DNA from: the human T2T-CHM13v2.0 reference genome, Homo sapiens
Assembly (NCBI RefSeq): GCF_009914755.1
Contig: NC_060937.1
Reading direction: 5' to 3' (one strand)
DNA: 64,000 nt
Shown here: piece after piece, positions 1 to 16,700 of the stretch
Layout of the letters: every line of letters begins with the position of its first letter
Numbering within the stretch: position 1 is the first letter of the stretch
Made by a program: the position numbers and the translations under genes
Notes under the pieces: model-generated
The model's database searches: none
What the model saw: the letters and a program-made list of their open reading frames with translations, nothing else
What the model was told of the DNA's origin: nothing

Positions 1-130
1 TCACCTAGGAAAATCATTAAAATGTAGATTCCAATTCAGTACATCTGATTGGGTCCTGAGTTCCTGCATTTCTAACAGTTCCTTAAGTGATTCTGCTGAT
101 GGTGTTCAAGAATCACACTTTGAAACGCAA
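1..130 (-). mobile_element. MER5A/MER5A1-type hAT-Charlie DNA transposon fossil (cut by window edge)
   Basis: Contains ctgcatttctaacag...gtgattctg...tcacactttga, matching the reverse complement of the MER5A family consensus as recalled. Confidence 0.7.
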
Positions 131-704
131 GACATTTAGAACTTACCTGTCTGCCTTCGCTCCTTTCCCAGTGGTCTAAACTAATAACGTTTTCAGGCTT
201 CATCTTGTATTAGAGTTCACTGGAGAGTTTTAAGCACACAAATTGTTCTCATCAACAAATTCTGAATCGGTAGGTTTGGGGGGTAAGTCCAAGATCCATC
301 AAGCCACATTCTCCAGATTTTCCTAATCCATCTCTCACCTTCCTGTTCAGTTTCCTTTGATGATACCACACCCTTGCCAGATCCCTAAATGTTAGAATGC
401 TCAGAGCTCTTTATCTGCACTTCACCTATGTGAGCGCATGTAATCACTTGGTCTTACACAACATAAATATGTGGATTCCCCAATTTATATTTCTAGCCCT
501 TAATCTTTCTCCTAGGGACAATATCAGTATATTTGACTATCTACTTATCAGGAGTATTGGATTACTAATTGGCATTTTCAAGTTACACAATTCTTGCATT
601 TTTTTAGAAAATTCCCCTGAATTTACCGTTCTTGTATATGGCACACTGATGACCTAGTTGCTCAATGCAGGAAAAAAGGTATTTGGAGTATCGTCCTTGA
701 CACA

Positions 705-1710
<1,006 letters not shown>

Positions 1711-1781
1711 GCCACTCTCATTTCTTAACAGGACTTGCTTCTTCCCCATTTTCTCAACATTCTATTCACTAATCTCTAGCA

Positions 1782-2284
1782 TATTTACATTTGTTTCCTG
1801 TTGCCACGGAGACAAATTACCACAAACTTAGTGGCTTAAAACAACCAGCATTTATTTTTCTACATTTCTAAAGGTTAAAAGTCTGAAATCAGTCTCACTG
1901 GGCTAAAGTCAAGGTGTTGAGAGGGCTGGTTCCTTCTAGAAATTCTGAGGAAAGAATTCATTTCCTTTCCTTTTATTCAGATTCCTGTGGTCATCTATGT
2001 TCCTGGACATGTGACTCCTCCCTCTATCTTCAAAACACATCATTCTAACCTCTGCTTCCATCATCACATCACCATCTCCTCTGACTCCTTCATCCTTCTT
2101 ACTGGGACCACTTTGATTACACGGAGCCACCTGGATCATCCAGGATAATCTTCCCATCTCAAAATGAGATCCTTAACTTAATCATGCCTGAAGGTCCTTT
2201 TTGTCATGTATGGTAAACATATTCACACATTCTGGGGACTAAGACATGGATATATTTGGGGGACTATTATTCAGACTAACACAG
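1782..2284 (-). mobile_element. MLT1 (MLT1D-like) MaLR solo LTR
   Basis: acaaattaccacaaacttagtggcttaaaacaa, gggctaaagtcaaggtgttg, acctggatcatccaggataatcttcccatctcaa, ending ttattcagactaacaca; about 500 bp. Confidence 0.9.
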
Positions 2285-2625
2285 TATTTAAAGCAGAATG
2301 CCTCACTCCTCTGCTTCCAATCACACCTGGGTGAAAGCCATTACTCCTTTCCATGGCCTAGAGAGCCTCTCATGATCTGGTTCCTGCAGAGCTTTCTAAT
2401 CTCATACCTCACTTCTTTCCCTGTACTTCCCTGCTCTCCCACACTGAATTTCTTGCTGTGCCTTGAACATGCTTAATGTAGTCTCAGGGTCTGTGGATTT
2501 GGTATTATGTATGCCTGGAATATTCTTCTCCTGGGACTTAGATTCACTCCTTCACTTCATGTAGGTGTCCTCTCAAAAGTCAATTCTTCATAGAGGCATT
2601 TCCTTACCACCTTTAAAAATAATGA

Positions 2626-2952
<327 letters not shown>

Positions 2953-4906
2953 CGCTAGCTTTGTTTTTGTTGATAGCACTCATCACTACCTTTCACAATA
3001 CATTTATTTGTTAATGGTCTATCTCTCACACTAGAATATAAGCACCATGAAATCACACACTTTGCTTTTTTCATACATCTATGTAGCTATGAAACAACAT
3101 CTCTTTCTATGGCCTGGCACATTGCAGATAATTATTAGATATATTTAGAAAAAAAAAGTTAGCACTGAGCCTCAGACTGGTGAGCCAACAGAGAAACTGC
3201 ATGTAAAACATTATGTGGCAAATAATTTTCATCAAGAAAATAGTGAATAACAGGAACACCTCTAACCTGTACATGAGAAACTTTGGTAAGAATTTATAGC
3301 ATAATATTTTTAATAATATTTGGAATGTTCAAATGAAATTAACAAAGGCAAAATAGCTGCATTCAGATCACTTATCTCCCAGCTATTTTGGAGTTAAAGG
3401 GACTGGGAATTCCCCAAAGTAAAATATAATTAGGTTGTTTTTTGTATCCCACCTAACCATTTAATCATAATTTCTTTAACCATCAGAGCTTTTAGTCTTC
3501 AGAAATCCAGATTCACAGGATACATAACAAAACATTTCCTTACAGCCTAAAGATGCTAAAATAATTATTAGTAATTATTCTGAGACAGAGCTCTGATGAA
3601 ATACAGACAACAGTGCAGAATTTAGTCCTTTGATACAGGTATATTCAAGTAAGTGGGAGGATATTTAAGAAAAAAAAAGATGATTAGCAAATTTATTGAA
3701 AACTTAAAAGTAGTTTAGATTTTTTATAACTATATTGGCTTACAATGATAAGGGATGCAATTACTTTTCACAAAGTTTAGGGGGAAAAGGTGACTTTTTA
3801 AAAGGCTAATATGTCATTTTAGTGTACATGTAGAATACCATTGTGAAATACATTGCTTAAATTCAGCTGTACATAAAGAAAAACTACTCTAAAATGGGAA
3901 GAAATAAAATGTTATATTTTGAAAGAATCTCCTAAGGGAACTGTTGAAAATGCCATTACTCCGTTATTGAAAATGGCCTGTATAATAGAGTTTGTAGAGA
4001 GAAATTTTGCCCTCTCAGGGTGATACATAGGAGGATTACGTTTTCCAATCTAAAATGTATGTTTATCTCTGAACACACCTTGCAAATCCAGGGAAATTAC
4101 TTCATTAATATGGGTTCTTGAAAGGTAAATTTCTCTCTTAAAATAATAAATATTGCATTTGAATTTTATAACATCTATATACATTTTGCAGAGATTTTTC
4201 TGCAATCTTTTCTGCTCTGTTATTGCCAATCATCAACTGCTATTTTTTGACAAAAGAAGAGAAATTGTGTCTCTTATACTTTAGTTACTATTTTATTAGT
4301 AGTGTGACGAGCAGTCCCAAATATTCAATAGATACAATGTTGCCATATTTATCACAGACAAACCATTGTCATCACACTTTTATACAAGGCATGAATTATT
4401 TATCATGTTTCTGAAATGTAAAAATTTTGTTGCCACATCAATATGCTTTTCAATAATCTTTAAAAATCTCTCAAGATGAAGATAAAATTTGCATGCAAAA
4501 TTTTAGGAAAGCCTGTATTACCCTCAGAATAAAATGTCTTAGTTAATGTAAGGGAACAAAATGGAGGCAGAGGGAGAAATTGCCATGAAATCCTGTATCT
4601 AGAAGAAAACAGTCTTGGTGCACAAATAGACCTTGTCTCCTGAAGGGTTATCTTTTTGCATCATCTGGGTTATTTCCAATAATTTCTTCTGAAAAGTTAT
4701 GGTTAATCACATTTGCTTTCCATCTAGATTTGCTTTCCCTTAACAATTAAATATGCTTTATTATTTTCCAAACTGTCCTATTTAAATTACCCATCTTCTT
4801 GGCATAATAACTGGTGGTGACTTCTCTGATAAGCTTATTAATATTACAATGTCATTGACCAAAAAGGCTATTATTCTCTGGAAGGATATCTACACTTCAG
4901 TAAGAG

Positions 4907-5263
4907 TGTATTAGTCTGTTTTCACACTGATATAAAGAACTGCCCGAGACTGGGTAATTTATAAAGGAAAGAGGTTTAATTGACTCACAGATCCGCATGG
5001 CTGGGAGGCCTCAGGAAATTCACAATCATGGTGGAAGGCAAGGGGAATCAAGGACCTTCTTCACAAGGCGGCAGGAGAGAGAAAGAGTGTGTGTAGGAGG
5101 AAATTTCAAACACTTATGAAACCATGACATCTCTTGAAAACTCACTATCATGGCAATAGCGTGGGGAAAAGTGCCCCATGATCCAATCACTTCCCTTCCT
5201 CGACATGTGAGGATTACAATTTGAGATGAGATTTGGGTGGGGACTCAGAGCCAAACCATAGCA
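4907..5263 (-). mobile_element. THE1 (THE1D-like) MaLR solo LTR
   Basis: Starts tgtattagtctgttttcac and ends gagccaaaccatagca; 5-bp TSD aagag at 4902-4906 and 5264-5268. Confidence 0.95.
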
Positions 5264-5419
5264 AAGAGCCTTATAAAGCTGCTTTAATCCAAATACAGGG
5301 GTTCTTGAAGCGCAATGGCAGATGAATTTGACTTTGTGGTAGAGAAGGCTTTGAGGCATTTATCAAATCACAATGTGAAAGCATGACTCCTCCCTGTGAG
5401 GTGCCATGGCTTGAGCATC

Positions 5420-5640
5420 TTTCAGTGTGCTGGCATAAAAGAAATGGCACTCAAAGGTATTAATCGAAAAGAGTTTAATGAAGGAGCTTTTGTGGCATGT
5501 GGGATGGTGAAATTAAACTAATAAGGATTTAGTGAGGGAGACAAGGACCTAAAAAAGTAGGAAACTATCATTACCCCTAGGCCTGAAGGGGCAAAAGGAG
5601 GGTGAGATATGCCTAGAACGTTGAAAGAGCTATGGAGGAT
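5420..5640. mobile_element. Ancient LTR fragment (family uncertain)
   Basis: gagtttaatgaagg...ttacccctaggcctgaaggggcaaaaggaggg resembles old ERVL-class LTR consensus text as recalled; no TSD seen. Confidence 0.45.
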
Positions 5641-8600
5641 TCAAAAGAATCTAGCCAGGACACCAGAGAATGAAGAAACAAGATAACTTGTAATATAAAA
5701 GTCAAAAGCAAATGTGGAAAAGTTTTGTTTTTGCTATTTTGAGAATCACCTGGTATAAAATCGTTACATGTTCTTTAAGATAACCTTCCAATTGTTATCC
5801 AAACTGTGAAGACCTAAATGGTCTAAACATAATTTCCAAATTCCTTTGTCATCCTCTACCATTAATGCTGACAGGCACAATCAACTTAGAAACAATGCTT
5901 CCTATTACCTATAGGTAATATGCAAGCCAATTATTAAGATAATAAGTCAAAATAGAAATTATAAAACTTAAAGTATCCTTGTGAGTTGATGAAAAGTGAG
6001 CCAGTGAAAATGAAATATTCTATTGTCTTTAATATTTTAGTAAAAATTTTTGAAATGTGCTTTATATATTTAACAAACACTGGGGCACCTTGCAGCATGA
6101 AACATTACAAAATAACTAATCTAGTTTTGTATTCATTGGAAGTAAAAATTTATGCTGGATTTATAATCGCAGTCTCTGTGTCTTTTTGATTTCATGCTGT
6201 AAAGTATGTTAAGTAATTCCTTTTTTAAGTTCTTGACTTGGCCTCTGTGCCTCAGTCTACCACATTAATAAAATCATAAGACAGCTGGCCCTTGCCAAAT
6301 ATTATCGATACTGCTTAGGATGTCAGTCTGTTTCTCCCTAATAAAAGTGAACTGCACAGTGAACCTTTATTTTTTAATCTAGTTGACAGTCAAAAGTTTC
6401 AAGATCTGTGAACCTTTGGCAAGATTTATAAAGTTAAGCTGTTGTCTAGAACAATTGGCTTCGGTTCAAAATCAATCACTAAGAGTATTTTTTATCTGTC
6501 TGAAACACTCCCAAATGTTCTCCCTTTCAGCATGAAATGTAAATGGAACACCAAGAAACAGCATACTTCATGGCCATGTTATAACTAATGAATTACTTGG
6601 GGTATGTATCTTGGGAGAATCTGTATCTATATGTATCTACCTATTTATTCATAAATAAGCTATTTTAGGGCTACCTTGTTGACAGTAGTATTATTTTAGT
6701 TAATATAACTACATTAGGTGGGTCTTAATTATAGTTCCGAAGCCTCATTGATTAAAATGTGACACAGGTGATAGAGGATGAAATGGTGTTATTTGACTAA
6801 ACAGATGATTTTAAGATCATCACGTATAGCTTTCATGTTCTCCCTTTAAGCAAGGCTACTGGGGACCAAGTTTCTTTTCCTTTCGGAGTGTTTTTCGCTA
6901 AATCTAAAGCCTGGCTTCTTGGTAATCACTGTTATAGCCACTACAATGTATTCTCCTTTCAATTGGATATGCTACAAACACCTCAGGCAGAGCTTAAGAC
7001 ATATACCAGGCCTTGCTACACTGTCTTAGCTTACTGGGCTCCTGAAGCAAACTGTAAATATATACCAATGATTAAAAACGGCTCTCCAAGTTCTATGGCA
7101 TTAAGTTGAAGAAACCCAAAGTCATGAAACAGGAAACATGCCCAACTTTTTCCTCAGAAGCTGAATGCTAATCTGCCATTAGATCTCTCTATTTGTTATA
7201 AAATAACGATGTAATGATTTCTTTAATATGCTTGTTTGCAGGGGGTGAGCAGAGTATAAACTAACTCATTTTAAAATATGAACTAGAAATCACAACAGCA
7301 AATTACATTTTCCTCATATAAAGATGAGATTTTTAAAGATGGAATCCAGGTGATTGAGCATGGATGATCAGTGTGATGCCAACAGCAGATTTGAACTGAT
7401 ATAAACTACATTTTTCGGTTGATGGTCCTCACTACTACCTTAGGAGCTAGTGCTCTTTGAAAGTGCGTTGTTTGGCTGGCTGCCTATCTCGGAGCCTTTT
7501 GAATCCCTAAGATGGTCTGTTAAATATACTGAAATTCAAGCCTGTTTTCATTGGTTTGTTTAATTAAAATGGTCACTATAGATGAGTAGGTCATGTTTGT
7601 AAACATACAGAGCATTTATTTAAAAACAAAACAAACAAAAATTCTAATTGCTCATGCCAAAAGATGAGCAAACCCTGTGTTTTCTAATTCCCTATAAGAG
7701 TTAAAGTTACTTTTTAGTGTTTTCTCTTTCAAGGTTGCTTGAAGTTTCTTCTTTGGATCTCACTGTGGAGTAGATGCTTTCTTTCTTGTCATCCATTCTT
7801 TGTTTATTTCCTTGCTTGACACCCCAGGGTCCATTTTGCTTAGCTTCAGTGCCAATGGACTAGAATATTCTAAGCCTGTGATGTGACTTCCTCATAAACT
7901 TTATTAAATTTAAATTATATGTGAAGTGGATAAAATGATATAAATTACATTGACAGAGCCATACATTGTATATTTGGATGCATGGGGGGGGTGTGATTAT
8001 TATCATTATTATTATTCTTTGAAATTGATGCTAAATTGGTGTCACATTATGGTTTGCTGTTTTCTTGAAGGACATGCTAGATTTTTGCTTTTAAAAATTT
8101 CTTTCTATGAGAATACATTCTGGGTTCAGAGTACTCAAGTCCCTAACAAAATATACCAAGTGAATGGAGAAAAGCCAAGCCATTCCATTCCCTCTGGTTA
8201 TCTCAATGACAGGTGTAAATTAACCTATGATCACCGTGGTTGGGATGATCAGTATTGATTGTGAAAATGGCCACAGCTCAGTTTCTCATACGTTGTCTAT
8301 ACTGCCTACATGTTTAAAGATATCAATCAAAAATCTGACACGGTTAAGTTCAATTTGAGTGGCAGCACTAAGGGATCTTTAGGGACTGGAAAGCAGGCTG
8401 GATTTAAGGTAAGCTGGCAATATATGCCTGTTTATGATTTACCATCTTGCACTGACACATCTTTTCTCAAACCATCTGCTTCCTTCATATCATTAGAGAA
8501 TCAGGCACAGGCCACATTGCCTCTGTTTATTTAACAGCATCCTTGTTGGTGACTGCATGATAGAATCCTTATTAATTCAAGAACTTGTTTTTTCAGATAG

Positions 8601-10304
8601 AAAAATACTCTATACAGGCATTGGAAATTATATACTCTAAGAATCAATGACATGAAATTTTCTGAAGTAGATCCAGTGATTTTATAATTAGTATTTATTG
8701 GACATTTTGATTTCATTTATGTGGGCACGTATATCACTCTCAGCTTTGCTAACAAAACTAGATGTATAAAAAACATCTTTATATACTTCATGTTCAAATG
8801 GATTACAAAAAAAGTATGTTGTGGTAAAGCTTTCTGGCTCTTTTTAAAAATTCTTCTAATCATACTTAACAGAAAAATTCTTTCACTGTGAACTGTGATA
8901 TGTTATATGTTTCCATTTTTAAAGCAAAAATATAGTTTTAACAGAACTATTAAAATAAGGAAGGAAAGAGCTACTGCATTTCCAAGCATTCATATATTCA
9001 GTGTTTTCCTTTCTTGACAAGATTAGCAGTGCAGATGTTAATTGTGATATGTAACATGACTTGTCAAGATACCTAAAATCCTTGGTCTCTGGTTCTCTTT
9101 TAGGTTTGATGACTGGCTTACAGAGAAGAATAAGGAAATGTACCTCTAAGAATCGTTTGAAATGAGTCTTCATATCCTCCCAAATATTTTTCAAGAACGT
9201 TTGGCATTACTTCAAAAATTAACTTTAGGAAAGGAACTATTATCACATTTTAAGAGGGGAATTGCAGTTGCACTTAAACTAGAAACTTCCACTTGGTGAA
9301 TTGAATTATTAAGGAATAATGGCAGAAGAAAGAGTAAGTCGTTTATAGGCAATAATAAGCAATAAAAATATATGTATATGTGCATGCAAAAAGTTATGGC
9401 AAAACTAATAAGATTTTAAAAAATCATTGTGTTCCTGAAGAAACAAAGAACTGGTTTTCTTCTAAGGAATTAAAGAGTTTTGTTTCTTTGGCTTCTTTCT
9501 TGTAATTTACATTATTTCTTTCAAAGTGTAGATTTTGTGGGCAGTGTAGAGATTCTTTTATGGTAAACAGATTTTTATTTTGTTTCCTTTTATTGGTTTT
9601 GTTTTGCTTTGGAACTTTTTTTTTTTTTAAACCTATGGCGGCATCACATCTTAAGTAGGTTTTAAAGTGAGTAATGAAGACAAAATTCAAGTATAGTCAA
9701 AGCTATCCTTGAAGCGCATTCAGGATGTCAAGATGCTCACATTTTAAGAAGCATGAGCTCTGAGGAAACACATACACTTGTCACCCACAGCAGTTTACTC
9801 CGGGGCATCTGCTTAGTATCCTTGGAAGGAATGACCATCAGAATCATCTGGACTATTGAAACTGTCTCTCCTCTCTGTCTAACTTTCTTGGCTCAGCAAA
9901 TACAATTGAAGTTGCATCACTAAAATGTACATTGCCTATATATGCTGTGACTTCACTTTGTAAGAGAAGAATTCCTTTCTGGCCACAATTTTGCTCTAGC
10001 TCCACCCTCCTCTTCTTTTACTTTTTCTAAAGGAAGACTATTAGAGAGGAAGACAGATGAGCTGTGAGCAGAGTACTGTAGACCAAGACAGCAAACTGTG
10101 AAAGACCATGGGAAACCCATGAGGCTGGAGCTTCCTTTTGCATCTGAGAGAATACCTTAGGGGTCCTGCTATATAACAATCCTACTCCACTATCCTGCCA
10201 TCTGCTCCCCTTCACGAGACAAAAAAGGTAGATCTATTGGTGAATATTGTAGACAAAACCAGGTGTTTTTGAACTGTCCAAGAGAAACGTTAGAGAGCAT
10301 TCCC

Positions 10305-10420
10305 CTTAACCCCATTATTTCCATTAGGAAAAATGGGTTAGAGAGATAAAGTGACTTGCTAAAGGTCACAAGTTACTTCGACCTAGGATGAATTTAGAGC
10401 TTCTAATTCCAAAAACAAGG
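10305..10420 (-). mobile_element. MIR SINE fragment
   Basis: Core ccccatt...agagagataaagtgacttgctaaaggtcaca. Confidence 0.7.
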
Positions 10421-12300
10421 CCACATGCTGCTGCCAGTTATTGATAGAGAATATTAATTTTAGATGAATAATGGTAATTACAACAAGCATGACCAAAATA
10501 AAATAAAACTATATGTGCCAATTACAATAGCCTAAAGTGAAAATGCAGCCATTGGCCATTCTATGTAATAAAACATTTGAAAAGGTAGAATAGGCACTGT
10601 GAGAGTGGCACAGAAAAGCTAATTGCAAGGGGAAGTGTAAAAGAAAGTTTAGTTTCCTAAGCAAGCAGAGCAATTAATTTTATAAACACAGAAAGACATC
10701 ATCTATAATCTGGAAATATTCAAAACATGTAGATTAATATAATTCACCAAGTTTTACCACTGTAGAGTTCTGTCACCAATATTTTCATGTTGATCATCAG
10801 AACCTTAAAGTTTTACTCATGCTAAAATCAAGTAAAACTGGACACATATGCAAACTTAGAGCGTCTGTCATCTCTCACTTCAATTGTGGGATACTAGATG
10901 TCAGTATCTAGCAATCTAGATCTAAAATATTTCTATCTAAAATTTGACTAAGTTATAAACATTGTACCCACTATAACTCATGAGAATATCATTTATTATA
11001 GTAATAATATAGAAACAATATTTTTCACTAGAAATCTGTTACACTGCTCAAATTCTGGACAACAAAACAGGTGGGGTCCCTGTAATACAAACTTGATGTG
11101 TATTTTTACAATGAATTCCATAGCTAGTTTTAGTTTTATATGAAACATATTTGCCATTTCATTCTAGCGATGGATGTTGTGGTCTTTGCTGAGGGAGAAT
11201 AGTTATTCAGAAAGCTATTCTATTAAGATGAGAAGGATAAGCGCTGGTCTTTAGGTCTCTAACTGATTGCTTCCCAGCTCCATGAATTAAGGTTAAAAGG
11301 CATTCATGATGTCTCTAGGACTTATGACGAGTTTTCTGTATCCTATGAGATGGGGGGAGAAAAGTTTCCAGAAGCCAAAATAATTTTAAGGGCAGAGATA
11401 ACATTTGTGTAGAGTTAAACTATGTCAGCCTATTCCACAGTTAGAGCTGACAAGGTTAAATTTCTGATTTTCTTTTATTAAGTAAGCCAGCCTTCAGAGA
11501 GATAAAGGATGCCTTCCTGTACATCATTTCAGAATTTACTTAGACTAATGGTACTTAAGAATGATCGTGTGCACTTGCATTTACATATCACACATATTTT
11601 CTATAGGGTCGCTGTTGCTGGTACATATATTGAATCCAAGCATACATCAATGGGAGGTCACTCTTATTTTATTCACAATTTTTAAAGCTAAGGCTTCTGG
11701 TTGCTATTAGTGAATACAAGTACTTTCAAATGATACTCAGAAAAAATAGTCACAGAATTAGATTAACTATGTGATCTTGTGTCTATGGAGTTTGACTGAA
11801 TTAAATAGCTTTGAAGCACAGGTTCATTACAATCGTAATGAAGTAAAATTGTCAGATCATTCCCACCTCCTATTCAGAAAACTGACAGGAAGTGTGGCTT
11901 ATTTTTCCCTTGTTATATGTCTCAGGTACATTATTCCTCTCATTACTCTATCAAACCTCCATCCAGTTTCGGGTTGTTTCATATCCAGAAAACTCCAACA
12001 GCCTTGTTTTTACTCACCTCTGGCTTCTCACATTTTTAGTAGTCTGCTCTAAGTACGAGGACAACAAAATTATTTTCCTCCTGTACCATCTTGATTACGT
12101 CTTTATATGGCTTAAACCAGGACACAGGTGGATACAAATTATCAATCCTTTCCCACTTACATATATGTAACCCCAGCAGTGTTCTCTTGACTGTGTCTCC
12201 CCAGTATTCCATGTTTCCCCATTATAAACCTTTTGAGATGGAGTCATCTATTTTATATTGTTTTATAAACATACACATTGACACCAGAACAATTTCATAG

Positions 12301-12645
<345 letters not shown>

Positions 12646-13514
12646 GCATAATGCATTTTAATTCATGATAATTATATTCCTGTGAGTGAAAAAAGGCCAA
12701 AGACATCTTGAAATTTTATCCAATTTTTAAGCTTTTTACATAAAAATAAATGTATGAATTTAAGTTTAAAAAACTATTAAACATACAAAACAAAATGCCT
12801 CTTCTTCCCCACCCAACTTAAGCACAATGGCTTAGTTTCAGACCTGCTGCTTATCATTCAGACAAGCACAATACTTATAATCTGGGCTTCTTGCCTCCAA
12901 ACGATGAGGGTTTTTTGTTTTTCTTTTTTTTTTCTGTATTTTGTTACCTCTCCAAGGCAGTCCAAATTGTCTTTCTTAATACAATTATCTTTCCAAAGTT
13001 TAAGATACGCTTTTGTATACCAAGCCTTAGAAATAGCCTTATCAAACTCTGAAGTAAATACACCAAGTCACATTACTAAGAATGTATTGTGTGTTAGTTT
13101 GCTTTGGATGCTAAGGAAAAACCTCCACAGTAACCCTGTTGCCAGATCGACACATGTTAAAGTTTTGATATCAGGGATCTTTTGTTGCTTTGGCTAACCT
13201 AAATCCCCCATGCTGTACCACAAAGCCCCAGTATCTAGTTCCATATTTGGTGGAAAGAAGGGTAACAATCTGCTACTCTCTCAAAATGTACTTTGAATTA
13301 CTTTGGTTTGGGGACCTCACCTCCATAAATAGGAGAATGGGAGACCTCTTGGTGTAGAACTTTGAGAAGCAAAAGGGATTATTTTGTTTAGAACTATGTC
13401 CTTTGTGTGTCTTCCCTTTTTCCTACATGTACCATATTAACGCTCTTTAAAAAATATTAACCTAGGAGTAACAAAAATAAGCACTATGTAAGTATGTAAA
13501 ACATATCCTCATGA

Positions 13515-13720
13515 AAGGCAGTGTGGGTTAGAGCTCTAGACTCAATTTTGAGCACCAAAGTTCAAATACCTGTGCTATTATAGGAGTGGACATTGGAGGT
13601 CTTATGTATTTTCTCTGCACTTTAAATTCTATATCTATAAAATTATGAAGTATAATACCTGATGCATTATGAGGCTATTTGTGAGCATCAAAAATCAAGT
13701 GGATAAATGTACTAGGTGAA
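13515..13720 (+). mobile_element. MIR SINE
   Basis: gttcaaatacc...ttctctgcactttaaattctatatctataaaatt...taatacctga...tttgtgagcatcaaa follows the MIR consensus order. Confidence 0.65.
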
Positions 13721-16700
13721 AATTGTATATAATCATTATAAAGTAAAATGAAGGATGTATAACCAATGCATCCCAATTCTTATACTGTATCTCCCCAGCT
13801 GTGAAAACTAGAATGAACTTATTTTGTTTATTCCTGCCTAGGTCTTTAATCTCTCTAAAGCTATATTTCTCCACAATCCTTGGGACTGATTTGGTATAAT
13901 CTGACATCTAATTAATAAGCCTTTAGTTACTTATTAAAGATCAATGTTGAAAACATAAATAAAATATCACTAACCTTTCAAAGATCCTATTAAGTATCCA
14001 AAATGGATGCAGGGTAATCTATAATTAGTTATTGCATAAAACTCATCAGTCAGTTTTTAATCTTCAAAGATTTACTCTCATCAAGGACAAAAATATTTTA
14101 TTCCTCCAAAATAATTTTGAAGCATTGAACAAAATTCTTTACCAGATTATTATAATTTATTACTTTTATTCTTTCTTTTTGTAATTATAGAAATCAAACC
14201 AGGAATATTTTTCAGACACAAATAATACTGGCTCAGCTCCGATTCAGTAGGCTCACATCATTTAAACTAACGATTACCTTGACACCACCAGAAGAAAAAT
14301 AGGAAAGTAAGAAGTGCCTTAGAAGTATGATATTATCATTTATTGCAAAGGATACAATAGTTAAGGTGGGTATTAGCATATTATTTATTTATTCATTATT
14401 TTATTTTTATCTAAAATACAGAAAATTTACAAGGTGGTATTATGATCTAGCCTCCTTGTACAGCAGAATCCTCCCAGACTGCTCTCATTTCTACTGAGCA
14501 CTCAAGCAACCTTTGTGAGAGTTGACATCCGTATGTCTTAAGGGCAGTGGAGTGGTTTATATTCTTTCCAATTGATCCATGTTAACTGAGAATGGTTTTT
14601 CTGCCTGGATTGAGGACAGTCACCAAGTGTGACACGTGCGACTGACAGCAGCAGCACGAGTAAGCACTTTAGTGTTTCAATATGATTTCTCCAGTCAAGA
14701 AGTGATTTTTTTTTCCCTTAGACAAAGATATTGAATTGAGCTTCAAAGAAATATCAAAGCATATTTTCTTGGAGACTGTCCCTAAGAGCTGAACATTCAT
14801 TTTTTAACTGGAAATTACCTTAAAGAAGGAATTCTTAAGCCTTCTTTTTGTCTCTGAACTACAGTTAATATTTTAATGTGTCAGTTTTTAATCATTCAAA
14901 AATGTCATTTTCTAACAGCATTCCACTTACCTTTTCTTTTCTTATTTTCACGAAAATAAGTTAAAAAGTATTTACACTTTAAGTTAAATGCTGTATTTTT
15001 GCTTTATGTTAACTATAGGAATTTAGGAATTTGTAAAGTTATAGTAGAGGAAGACAGAAAATAGTAAGTCACATCATACAGCATATATCATTTAACCAAG
15101 GTAGGTTCTGCTACAGACTAAACTGTAATTTCAGTGCTTTTATAACTATAACTTTGAGTCAAAGCCCTCAGCCACAGTTGCCTATATGACTGTGATTGGC
15201 AGACACTGAATGCTTGACAATTATTCTGATTTTTACTGAGATCTAGGAAAATTAGATTAAACAGTCTGAAAATAAATGTTTTAAAAAGTTAGCATTAACA
15301 GATTCTGGGAGCTGCTCAGTCACTGAAGGTGCAGATTCAATTCAAGTATATAATTTCAACTAATTATCCCACCTCCCCTTATCTTTCCTCTTCATTTCCC
15401 AGCCCTGTTCCCCTAAGGAATCTATGCTCAACCTTTTCCAAGTTCCTTTTTCCTTGAGAGAGTATAGCACTGTAAAGAGAATGTCCCCAGTTGATGAAGA
15501 ACAATATGGCTCATGGTGCTCTCTAACATCTTTCCCTGTGGCTAATACATGGAATGGGTTTTTAATAAAATGTCCAGGGCTCACTTTTTAACCCTTGTCA
15601 ACCAAAGACAGCCTTACTGTTTCTCAGCTCTTAATAGACTAATGTGTGCTTGTGTGTCTCCATGTGTGCGTTGTGAAGTTTGTTTGTAAATGTAATTGTA
15701 CACAGGTAGGCGGAATGGAAAGTATAAAAATAGGCCTTTCTAAAATGATACAGATAGCACTATATATATGAATTTTCTTTCATAGCTTAGCCAAAATCTA
15801 CTGAAGCAAAACAGGTCTTTCTTATTATAAGAAAGTACTGCATTTCTAGAAAAAAAATGCATAACTTTGCAATAGCTACAATAAAAAACATCTGGTAGCT
15901 GTTCTGAATATAAATGTTGTATTAAGCACTTAAACTGCATCTTTTCAGTGCTAATTAAATGAATTTAACCCAATTAGAGGATTAGAAACACTTTGTAAGT
16001 GCTCAACAGCAAGACTGGCTGAGAAACATTGCACTCCACCACTTCATTCCCTTACATGCCACTTGCACATGGCATGAATCATATAGAAGTCTGTTCAGTA
16101 CTTATTTTGATAGTCTCTTCCTGTTTTTCTTTGCTCTTTAAAATCCTCTGGTCCAATAGCCTGGCACTGGCTGCTTATTCAGGATGCTTGCTAATTCACC
16201 AAGTAATTGCTCATAGGGTCCATTTTCAGAATTGAAAGTAGAAGTGGGGAGATCTTCTGTTTCCTGCTGATCCAGTGACATATTTAGAAGCAGTTGTCTA
16301 TACAAGTGTCTGTCTCAGCATGTCCTGCGGCCAAATTCAGCACCCACCATAAGCACTTGCCCATGCTGCATATTTACCATGTTTCAGACTCTTATTCTTT
16401 CTGCCAACACCTACTGTGCTTCAACTATAGCCCACTGGACAGATTTGTTGACAGTGCTGGGTTTGTTTTCCACCCTACTCTCTGCTAAGGTGAAAGGAGG
16501 AAAATGTAATTTGTGTGGGGGTGGGGGAAAGCCCAGCCTTAAAAGAAAAGATCAAGGACAAACTTCCAGAAAAAAAAAAATTATTTAAATTTTTCTGGTA
16601 TAGTAGAGTTAAAATATAGATCTTACAGGCTTTTAAGCCTTGTTTTATTTGTACTTGAGAGAAGAAAGAAACCTTGCATGTAATCATACAATTCTGCATA

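Noticed and set aside
9012-9069. 10-bp inverted repeat tcttgacaag...cttgtcaaga
   Set aside because: The stem is too short and the interior pairs poorly; not miRNA-like and no TSD.
9103-9150. Acceptor ttctcttttag followed by FDDWLTEKNKEMYL*
   Set aside because: No credible donor, and the frame stops quickly; any resemblance to spectrin-repeat text is superficial.
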